A DNA stretch of 64,000 bases from Escherichia coli (lineage in GTDB: Bacteria > Pseudomonadota > Gammaproteobacteria > Enterobacterales > Enterobacteriaceae): NCBI RefSeq assembly GCF_003334765.1, contig NZ_QOWT01000021.1. The stretch is one strand, 5' to 3'. Numbering within the stretch: the stretch's first letter is position 1; each line of letters opens with the position of its first letter. This document shows, in pieces, positions 52,044-61,311 of the stretch. Under the pieces are notes generated by a model, which saw only the letters and a program-made list of their open reading frames with translations, searched no databases and was not told where the DNA came from. The position numbers and the translations under genes were made by a program.

Positions 52044-52451
52044 ATGAACATCAGCGATGTAGCAAAAATTACCGGCCTGACCAGCAAAGCCATTCGCTTC
52101 TATGAAGAGAAGGGGCTGGTGACGCCGCCGATGCGCAGCGAAAACGGTTATCGCACCTACACGCAGCAGCATCTCAACGAACTGACCTTACTGCGCCAGG
52201 CACGGCAGGTGGGCTTTAACCTGGAAGAGAGCGGCGAGCTGGTGAATCTGTTTAACGACCCGCAGCGGCACAGCGCCGACGTCAAACGGCGCACGCTGGA
52301 GAAGGTGGCGGAGATCGAACGACACATTGAGGAGCTGCAATCCATGCGCGACCAGCTGCTGGCACTGGCGAATGCCTGCCCTGGCGATGACAGCGCCGAC
52401 TGCCCGATTATCGAAAATCTCTCCGGCTGCTGTCATCATCGGGCAGGGTGA
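52044..52451 (+). CDS. cueR: MerR-family Cu(I)-responsive transcriptional activator CueR
   Basis: 135 aa [47 protein letters not shown].. with C-terminal metal-binding Cys pair (..[11 protein letters not shown]..). Confidence 0.96.
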
Positions 52452-52910
52452 TTAAGACGAGACGGCTCGGATATGTAGGGTTATCCCTTCTATCGCAATG
52501 ACTTCAACATGCGTACCTGCACCGAGATCCTCGCTGGCGCTGACAGGCCATGAACTGTCACCGACGCGCATATGACCGCGCCCGTTGACCAGCGGAGATT
52601 CCAGCACAAAACGTCGGCCAATCAGCTGCTGCCCGCGCTGGTTTAAATGACTATCGCTGTGCTTTTGTTCGCGCACCCGCCGCGACAACCATTTCCACCA
52701 CAGCCAGGCGGCGAGCAGCGTCAGGATGGCAAACATTACCCCTTGCCACTCCCAACCCAGCGGCACCAGCCAGACCACCAGGCCGGTAATCACCGCTGCC
52801 ACGCCGCTCCACAACAAATAACCATTTCCGCCCAGCATCTCGGCTGCCAGCAGCAAACCGCCGAGACTGAGCCAGAAAATATGTGGATGAACGACCATTA
52901 ACTCCATCAT
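52452..52910 (-). CDS. ybbJ: NfeD-like inner membrane protein YbbJ
   Basis: 152 aa [31 protein letters not shown]..; its ATG overlaps the qmcA TGA (ATGA), implying translational coupling. Confidence 0.88.
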
Positions 52911-53824
52911 GGCTGAGTCCGTTTGTTGGCGCTGTCTTTCACCAGCTCGGCAATCCCGGCAATCGACCCCATCAGGCTGCTGGCCTCTAATGGCATCATC
53001 ACTACTTTGCTGTTACTGGAGGAACCGATCTGCTGTAACGCTTCGGTGTATTTCTGCGCTACGAAGTAGTTCACCGCCTGAATATCACCGGAGGCGATAG
53101 CTTCAGACACCATTTTGGTGGCGCGGGCTTCTGCTTCGGCGGAACGTTCACGCGCTTCAGCCTGTAAAAACGCCGACTGACGTTCGCCTTCCGCTTTCAG
53201 GATTTGCGACTGTTTTTCACCTTCGGCTTTGAGGATTTCCGCCTGACGGATCCCTTCCGCTTCAAGAATGTAAGCGCGTTTGGTACGTTCCGCTTTCATC
53301 TGCGCGTTCATTGAAGAGATAAGCTCTGCCGGTGGGCGCACGTCGCGAATTTCAATACGGGTGACTTTAATCCCCCACGGGTTGGTGGCTTCATCGACAA
53401 TACGCAGCAGGCGTGAGTTGATGCTGTCGCGCTGAGAGAGCATTTCGTCAAGTTCCATTGAACCCAGCACGGTACGGATGTTAGTCATGGTCAGGTTGAT
53501 GATCGCCAGCTCCAGATTGCTGACTTCATAAGCCGCGCGCGGCGCGTCAATCACCTGAATAAAGCACACGGCGTCGATGGTAACGTTGGCGTTATCTTTC
53601 GAGATAACTTCCTGGGAAGGGATATCGAGCACTTGCTCCATCATATTGATCTTGCGACCAATGCGATCCATAAACGGCACCACCAGACTGAGCCCCGGCT
53701 GTAACGTTTTGGTATAGCGACCAAAGCGTTCTACTGTCCACTGATAGCCCTGCGGTACGATTTTGACACCCGCGCCGACAATGACCAGCGCGACAAAAAT
53801 GAGAATCGGGATAAAGATAAGCAT
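52907..53824 (-). CDS. qmcA: SPFH/stomatin-family membrane protein QmcA (YbbK)
   Basis: 305 aa [48 protein letters not shown].. (band-7 domain). Confidence 0.93.
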
Positions 53825-53969
53825 CGGAAAAACCTCCTGTTGTACCGTCCATAATCAGCAAAATTGCTGCTTGATTAAACAAATTATACCTGATTACTGA
53901 AAGAGAGTTCCCCCTTATTCCTGCGAAGGATAAACTGTTTTTAGTAAAAATCAGAAAAAGGGAACAGCG

Positions 53970-54647
53970 ATGCAGGAAAATAGTCCTTTGCTTCAGCTAC
54001 AAAACGTAGGATATCTGGCGGGTGATGCGAAGATTCTTAATAACATCAATTTTTCGCTGCGTGCTGGCGAATTTAAGTTAATTACCGGTCCTTCTGGTTG
54101 TGGCAAAAGTACGCTGCTAAAAATAGTTGCTTCATTGATCAGCCCAACCAGCGGAACGTTACTGTTTGAAGGTGAGGATGTCAGCACACTAAAGCCAGAA
54201 ATCTACCGCCAACAAGTCTCTTACTGCGCCCAGACACCGACGCTGTTTGGCGATACGGTATACGATAATCTGATCTTTCCCTGGCAGATCCGTAACCGGC
54301 AGCCTGACCCAGCCATTTTTCTCGATTTTCTCGAACGCTTCGCCTTGCCGGACAGCATTTTGACGAAGAATATCGCCGAGCTATCTGGTGGTGAAAAACA
54401 ACGCATCTCATTGATTCGTAACCTGCAATTTATGCCGAAGGTTTTATTGCTGGATGAAATAACCAGTGCGCTGGATGAAAGTAATAAACATAACGTCAAT
54501 GAGATGATCCATCGTTATGTGCGCGAGCAAAATATTGCCGTGCTGTGGGTGACACACGATAAAGACGAAATTAATCATGCGGATAAAGTGATTACACTGC
54601 AACCGCATGCCGGAGAAATGCAGGAAGCACGCTATGAACTCGCATAA
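53970..54647 (+). CDS. fetA: ABC transporter ATP-binding protein FetA (YbbL), iron export
   Basis: 225 aa ORF with Walker A GPSGCGKST and signature LSGGEKQR. Confidence 0.92.
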   Translation: MQENSPLLQLQNVGYLAGDAKILNNINFSLRAGEFKLITGPSGCGKSTLLKIVASLISPTSGTLLFEGEDVSTLKPEIYRQQVSYCAQTPTLFGDTVYDNLIFPWQIRNRQPDPAIFLDFLERFALPDSILTKNIAELSGGEKQRISLIRNLQFMPKVLLLDEITSALDESNKHNVNEMIHRYVREQNIAVLWVTHDKDEINHADKVITLQPHAGEMQEARYELA

Positions 54648-55413
54648 TATTACTAACGAATCATTAGCACTGGCATTAATGCTGGTGGTGGTGGCAATCT
54701 TAATTAGCCATAAAGAAAAACTGGCGCTGGAGAAAGATATTCTCTGGAGCGTCGGGCGAGCGATAATTCAGCTGATTATTGTCGGCTATGTGCTGAAGTA
54801 TATTTTCAGCGTGGATGATGCCAGCCTGACATTATTGATGGTGTTATTTATCTGCTTTAATGCGGCGTGGAACGCGCAAAAACGCAGTAAATATATTGCT
54901 AAAGCTTTTATCTCATCGTTTATTGCCATTACGGTCGGGGCGGGAATTACCCTGGCGGTGCTGATTCTCTCAGGGTCGATTGAATTTATCCCGATGCAGG
55001 TGATCCCTATCGCCGGGATGATTGCCGGTAACGCCATGGTAGCGGTGGGGTTGTGTTACAACAATTTAGGGCAACGGGTCATTAGCGAACAGCAACAGAT
55101 TCAGGAGAAACTGAGTCTTGGTGCGACGCCGAAGCAGGCTTCAGCGATATTGATTCGCGACAGTATTCGCGCGGCTTTAATTCCGACGGTCGATTCAGCA
55201 AAAACGGTTGGCTTAGTGAGTTTACCAGGAATGATGTCCGGGCTGATATTTGCCGGGATTGATCCGGTGAAGGCGATTAAATATCAGATTATGGTGACCT
55301 TTATGCTGCTCTCAACCGCCAGCTTGTCGACCATTATTGCCTGCTATTTAACCTATCGTAAGTTTTATAATTCGCGCCACCAGTTGGTGGTGACGCAATT
55401 GAAGAAGAAATGA
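54634..55413 (+). CDS. fetB: ABC transporter permease FetB (YbbM)
   Basis: ATG at 54634 (MNSHNITNESLALALMLVVVAILISHKEKL..) 259 aa, overlapping fetA 3' end by 14 nt. Confidence 0.9.
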   Translation: MNSHNITNESLALALMLVVVAILISHKEKLALEKDILWSVGRAIIQLIIVGYVLKYIFSVDDASLTLLMVLFICFNAAWNAQKRSKYIAKAFISSFIAITVGAGITLAVLILSGSIEFIPMQVIPIAGMIAGNAMVAVGLCYNNLGQRVISEQQQIQEKLSLGATPKQASAILIRDSIRAALIPTVDSAKTVGLVSLPGMMSGLIFAGIDPVKAIKYQIMVTFMLLSTASLSTIIACYLTYRKFYNSRHQLVVTQLKKK

Positions 55414-55475
55414 TGCGATGCCGGATGCGCAGCATCGCATCCGGCGTTGTGGTTCATGTGCCGATCAACGGAATA

Positions 55476-56372
<897 letters not shown>

Positions 56373-56390
56373 TTAAGCGCGCGCTTCAAC

Positions 56391-57200
56391 TCACCCCTGC
56401 AATATTTTGTCCATCACGCGCCCCGGCAGCAGGCGCTTAAGCACCATTACCGCCCAGGTCACCAGCGTCACCGGATAGCGCATCTTCGGCTTCTCGCTAA
56501 TAAAAGCATGGCGTACTTTGTCCACCACCGCTTCCGGTCCCAACGTAAAGCGGGCGGCGATGCCGGGATTTTCGACTGGTTTATCACTTTGCGTCTGGTT
56601 GACGTTGTCGGTGAAGCGAGTACGAATGGGACCGGGTTCGATCAGGCTGACTTTAATTCCGCTGTGGCGCAGCTCCATGCGCAGTGCGTCTGACCACGCC
56701 TCCAGCGCATATTTACTGGCCGCGTAAGCGCCACGACCCGGCGTGGAGATTAATCCCATCACCGATGATGTCATCACAATACGCCCTTCACCGTGCGGTA
56801 ACATCGCGGGTAACAGGCGCATGGTGAGCTGGTGTGCGCCGAAAAAGTTGGCGGAAAACTGCTGTTCCATCTGCGCACGGCTGATGGTGGAAAGGGGGCC
56901 ATACATGCCGAATCCGGCATTGTTAAAGATCCCATACAGACAATTATCGGTCAGGGCGATCACCTCGTCGGCTGCGCGATCAACACTTTCTGGTGAATCC
57001 AGATCGATCAACACGCCGGTAAATCCCATGCTGTTCATGCGCTCAACATCATCCGGTTTCCGGCAACCTGCCAGCACATGAAAACCCTGGCGTTTTAATT
57101 CGAGCGCGCTTTCCAGGCCAATTCCACTGGAACATCCGGTAATTAAGACCGATTTTTGCATAACTTTACCTGTCAGGATCTCCGTTGCTTTATGAGTCAT
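56391..57200 (-). CDS. ybbO: short-chain dehydrogenase/reductase YbbO
   Basis: 269 aa ORF with Rossmann TGCSSGIG motif and SDR catalytic YAASK. Confidence 0.9.
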   Translation of the reverse strand: MTHKATEILTGKVMQKSVLITGCSSGIGLESALELKRQGFHVLAGCRKPDDVERMNSMGFTGVLIDLDSPESVDRAADEVIALTDNCLYGIFNNAGFGMYGPLSTISRAQMEQQFSANFFGAHQLTMRLLPAMLPHGEGRIVMTSSVMGLISTPGRGAYAASKYALEAWSDALRMELRHSGIKVSLIEPGPIRTRFTDNVNQTQSDKPVENPGIAARFTLGPEAVVDKVRHAFISEKPKMRYPVTLVTWAVMVLKRLLPGRVMDKILQG

Positions 57201-57816
57201 GATTTACTAAAGGCTGCAACTGCTTCGCCATCCAGTCGGCAATAAACGGCTGGGCGTCGCGGTTGGGATGAATACCGTCATCCTGCATCCATTGTGGCTT
57301 GAGGTAGACCTCTTCCATAAAAAAGGGCAGCAGCGGAACATCAAACTCTTTGGCGAGTTTGGGGTAAATGGCGCTAAAGGCTTCATTATAACGGCGACCA
57401 TAGTTTGCAGGCAGACGTATTTGCATTAACAATGGTTCAGCGTTGGCGGCTTTGACATCCTGCAAAATCTGGCGCAGCGTTTGCTCGGTTTGCTGTGGCT
57501 GAAAACCACGCAAACCGTCATTGCCGCCCAGTTCAACCAGCACCCAACGCGGCTGATGCTGTTTCAGCAGAGCCGGAAGGCGCGCCAGTCCTTGTTGCGA
57601 GGTGTCGCCGCTGATGCTGGCATTAACTACCGACGTTTTACTCTGCCACTTATCATTCAACAAGGCAGGCCAGGCCGCGCTGGCAGACATTCGATACCCG
57701 GCGCTCAGGCTATCACCCAGAATCAATAACGTGTCCGCTGCGGCGGCACGGAAGGTTAACAGGACCAGGAACAGGAAGGGCAAATGCCAGCGGAAAACAT
57801 TGTTGAAGTTCATCAT
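57190..57816 (-). CDS. tesA: periplasmic acyl-CoA thioesterase I / lysophospholipase L1 (SGNH hydrolase)
   Basis: ATG at 57816 (MMNFNNVFRWHLPFLFLVLLTFRAAAADTLLILGDSLSAGY..) 208 aa with signal peptide and GDSL motif. Confidence 0.95.
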   Translation of the reverse strand: MMNFNNVFRWHLPFLFLVLLTFRAAAADTLLILGDSLSAGYRMSASAAWPALLNDKWQSKTSVVNASISGDTSQQGLARLPALLKQHQPRWVLVELGGNDGLRGFQPQQTEQTLRQILQDVKAANAEPLLMQIRLPANYGRRYNEAFSAIYPKLAKEFDVPLLPFFMEEVYLKPQWMQDDGIHPNRDAQPFIADWMAKQLQPLVNHDS

Positions 57817-58470
57817 CTTAAGAAGTCCGTCGGTCAGGGGGAGCATGAACTCTCCATCCTCACCGGAGTTGAGCTGGTTGTCAAACGTGGCGAGACCATC
57901 GCACTGGTGGGCGAGTCGGGATCGGGTAAGTCAACCTTGCTGGCGATCCTCGCCGGGCTTGATGACGGCAGCAGTGGCGAAGTGAGTCTGGTGGGACAAC
58001 CGCTACATAATATGGACGAAGAAGCGCGGGCAAAGTTGCGCGCGAAGCACGTCGGCTTTGTTTTTCAGTCATTTATGTTAATTCCTACCCTTAACGCGCT
58101 GGAAAACGTCGAGCTTCCGGCTCTGCTGCGCGGTGAGAGTAGCGCGGAAAGTCGTAACGGGGCGAAAGCGTTGCTCGAACAGTTAGGGCTGGGTAAACGT
58201 CTGGATCATCTTCCGGCACAGCTTTCCGGCGGTGAACAGCAACGAGTGGCGCTGGCACGAGCCTTTAATGGTCGACCTGATGTGCTGTTTGCCGACGAAC
58301 CCACCGGCAACCTTGACCGCCAGACGGGCGATAAAATTGCCGACCTGCTGTTTTCCCTCAACCGTGAACATGGCACCACGTTGATTATGGTGACCCACGA
58401 CCTGCAACTGGCGGCACGCTGCGACCGCTGCTTACGGCTGGTGAACGGGCAGTTGCAGGAGGAAGCATGA
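57784..58470 (+). CDS. ybbA: ABC transporter ATP-binding protein YbbA (MacB/LolD-like)
   Basis: 228 aa ORF with Walker A GESGSGKST and signature LSGGEQQR; its 5' end overlaps the divergent tesA 5' end. Confidence 0.92.
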   Translation: MPAENIVEVHHLKKSVGQGEHELSILTGVELVVKRGETIALVGESGSGKSTLLAILAGLDDGSSGEVSLVGQPLHNMDEEARAKLRAKHVGFVFQSFMLIPTLNALENVELPALLRGESSAESRNGAKALLEQLGLGKRLDHLPAQLSGGEQQRVALARAFNGRPDVLFADEPTGNLDRQTGDKIADLLFSLNREHGTTLIMVTHDLQLAARCDRCLRLVNGQLQEEA

Positions 58471-60881
58471 TTGCACGTTGGTTCTGGCGCGAATGGCGTT
58501 CGCCGTCGCTATTAATTGTCTGGCTGGCGCTAAGCCTGGCGGTGGCCTGCGTGCTGGCGCTGGGCAATATCAGCGATCGCATGGAGAAGGGCTTAAGCCA
58601 GCAAAGCCGTGAGTTTATGGCGGGCGATCGGGCGTTGCGCAGTTCACGCGAAGTGCCGCAAGCGTGGCTGGAGGAAGCGCAAAAGCGCGGCCTGAAAGTC
58701 GGCAAGCAGCTGACTTTCGCCACAATGACCTTTGCAGGCGACACACCGCAGCTGGCGAACGTCAAAGCGGTGGATGATATCTACCCGATGTATGGCGATC
58801 TGCAAACTAATCCCCCTGGCCTGAAACCGCAGGCGGGCAGCGTATTGCTGGCCCCACGCCTGATGGCACTGCTTAACCTGAAAACGGGCGACACCATTGA
58901 CGTGGGCGATGCCACCTTGCGGATTGCCGGAGAAGTGATTCAGGAACCGGATTCCGGTTTTAACCCCTTCCAGATGGCTCCGCGTCTGATGATGAATCTG
59001 GCGGATGTCGATAAAACCGGAGCCGTGCAGCCGGGGAGTCGGGTCACCTGGCGTTATAAATTCGGCGGCAACGAGAACCAGCTCGACGGCTATGAGAAAT
59101 GGTTGTTACCTCAGCTTAAACCCGAACAACGCTGGTACGGTCTGGAACAGGACGAAGGCGCGCTGGGGCGATCGATGGAACGCTCGCAACAGTTCCTGCT
59201 GCTTTCGGCGCTTCTGACCTTGCTGCTGGCAGTGGCAGCGGTGGCGGTAGCGATGAATCATTACTGTCGCAGTCGCTACGATCTGGTGGCGATCCTCAAA
59301 ACGCTGGGGGCAGGGCGAGCGCAACTGCGTAAGCTAATCGTCGGTCAGTGGTTGATGGTGCTGACGCTTTCAGCCGTTACCGGTGGGGCCATAGGCCTGT
59401 TGTTCGAAAACGTGTTGATGGTGCTGCTCAAGCCCGTTCTGCCTGCTGCACTACCGCCAGCCAGCCTCTGGCCGTGGCTGTGGGCGCTTGGCACCATGAC
59501 GGTCATCTCGCTGCTGGTGGGGCTACGACCATATCGCTTGTTGCTGGCAACGCAGCCTTTACGCGTATTACGTAATGATGTGGTAGCGAACGTCTGGCCG
59601 CTGAAGTTTTATCTGCCGATTGTCAGTGTGGTGGTTGTGCTGCTGCTCGCCGGATTAATGGGTGGCAGCATGCTGCTTTGGGCGGTGCTGGCGGGCGCGG
59701 TAGTACTGGCTTTGCTGTGCGGTGTGCTGGGCTGGATGCTGCTGAATGTACTTCGCCGCATGACGCTGAAATCGCTGCCTCTGCGCCTGGCGGTTAGCCG
59801 CCTGTTACGTCAGCCGTGGTCAACGTTAAGTCAGCTTTCGGCATTTTCGCTCTCCTTTATGCTGCTGGCACTGCTGCTGGTGTTGCGTGGCGATCTGCTC
59901 GACCGCTGGCAGCAGCAGCTACCTCCAGAAAGCCCGAACTACTTTTTAATTAACATCGCCACAGAACAGGTAGCACCGCTAAAAGCGTTCCTCGCGGAAC
60001 ATCAGATAGTCCCGGAATCGTTTTATCCGGTGGTGCGGGCGCGGCTGACGGCGATTAACGATAAGCCGACAGAAGGTAATGAAGATGAGGCGCTTAACCG
60101 CGAACTCAATCTTACCTGGCAAAATACGCGGCCCGATCATAATCCGATTGTCGCCGGTAACTGGCCGCCAAAAGCCGATGAAGTGTCGATGGAAGAGGGG
60201 CTGGCGAAACGCTTAAACGTTGCCCTCGGTGATACCGTGACTTTTATGGGCGATACCCAGGAGTTCCGCGCTAAAGTGACCAGCCTGCGCAAAGTGGACT
60301 GGGAAAGTCTGCGGCCTAATTTCTATTTTATTTTCCCTGAAGGGGCATTAGACGGGCAACCGCAGAGCTGGCTTACCAGTTTCCGCTGGGAGAATGGCAA
60401 CGGCATGTTGACACAACTCAACCGCCAGTTCCCGACCATTAGCCTGTTAGATATTGGCGCGATTTTAAAACAGGTCGGTCAGGTGCTGGAGCAGGTAAGT
60501 CGGGCGCTGGAAGTGATGGTGGTACTGGTCACCGCCTGCGGTATGTTGCTGTTGCTGGCACAGGTGCAGGTGGGAATGCGTCAGCGTCATCAGGAGCTGG
60601 TGGTGTGGCGCACACTCGGTGCGGGGAAAAAACTGCTGCGTACCACGTTGTGGTGTGAGTTCGCCATGCTTGGGTTTGTTTCCGGCCTGGTGGCCGCAAT
60701 TGGTGCGGAAACGGCGCTGGCAGTGTTGCAGGCGAAAGTGTTTGATTTTCCGTGGGAGCCAGACTGGCGATTGTGGATTGTTCTGCCGTGCAGCGGAGCG
60801 CTGCTGCTGTCGCTTTTCGGCGGCTGGCTGGGTGCGCGACTGGTTAAGGGTAAGGCGCTGTTCAGGCAGTTTGCGGGGTGA
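58467..60881 (+). CDS. ybbP: ABC transporter permease YbbP (duplicated FtsX/MacB-type domains)
   Basis: 804 aa ORF; ATG overlaps ybbA TGA (ATGA); two FtsX-like TM blocks with large periplasmic loops. Confidence 0.92.
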   Translation: MIARWFWREWRSPSLLIVWLALSLAVACVLALGNISDRMEKGLSQQSREFMAGDRALRSSREVPQAWLEEAQKRGLKVGKQLTFATMTFAGDTPQLANVKAVDDIYPMYGDLQTNPPGLKPQAGSVLLAPRLMALLNLKTGDTIDVGDATLRIAGEVIQEPDSGFNPFQMAPRLMMNLADVDKTGAVQPGSRVTWRYKFGGNENQLDGYEKWLLPQLKPEQRWYGLEQDEGALGRSMERSQQFLLLSALLTLLLAVAAVAVAMNHYCRSRYDLVAILKTLGAGRAQLRKLIVGQWLMVLTLSAVTGGAIGLLFENVLMVLLKPVLPAALPPASLWPWLWALGTMTVISLLVGLRPYRLLLATQPLRVLRNDVVANVWPLKFYLPIVSVVVVLLLAGLMGGSMLLWAVLAGAVVLALLCGVLGWMLLNVLRRMTLKSLPLRLAVSRLLRQPWSTLSQLSAFSLSFMLLALLLVLRGDLLDRWQQQLPPESPNYFLINIATEQVAPLKAFLAEHQIVPESFYPVVRARLTAINDKPTEGNEDEALNRELNLTWQNTRPDHNPIVAGNWPPKADEVSMEEGLAKRLNVALGDTVTFMGDTQEFRAKVTSLRKVDWESLRPNFYFIFPEGALDGQPQSWLTSFRWENGNGMLTQLNRQFPTISLLDIGAILKQVGQVLEQVSRALEVMVVLVTACGMLLLLAQVQVGMRQRHQELVVWRTLGAGKKLLRTTLWCEFAMLGFVSGLVAAIGAETALAVLQAKVFDFPWEPDWRLWIVLPCSGALLLSLFGGWLGARLVKGKALFRQFAG

Positions 60882-60896
60882 TGAGAGTAAATAAGG

Positions 60897-60926
60897 GGCG
60901 TTCTGGTTGAATGGAACGCCTTGTTT
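60897..60926 (+). terminator. rho-independent terminator of ybbAP
   Basis: GGCGTTC..GAACGCC hairpin followed by TTGTTT, 16 nt after the ybbP stop. Confidence 0.6.
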
Positions 60927-61311
60927 AAATTAATTCTACAATATGTTTCATTGATGATGTTATTGAATTGGTGATTTCCTATCTTTCTATTGCTGATATT
61001 AATCTGAATCGGTGGAGTTTATTGATTTTAAATATAGCCCTACAAAAATAACTCAGACTAATAAAATCATAAATCATATGCGTTGAATGGATATTATCCA
61101 TATAGTGAATTTGTTGATGATGAATTCATCTGTGCTAAAAATGTTAGTTTAATAAAATATTGAAAGTGACCTGTAATAACAGTTGTTGTTGATTGAGAAC
61201 AAATAAGTTTATGTGAAAAATATATAAATACATTAGCTGGTCTTGTGTGTCATTTTATTTTTTTTTGTTGCTAACACAGGGATATGAACAATAACTAAAA
61301 GGGCACTTTAT

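Noticed and set aside
55418-55447. REP-like hairpins at convergent gene ends as terminators (fetB/cnoX, 55418..55447: CCGGATGCG / CGCATCCGG stem; also fadM/queC, 2864..2888)
   Set aside because: Clear stems but no adjacent T-run, so I did not call them as terminators; they may still serve as 3'-end stabilisers.
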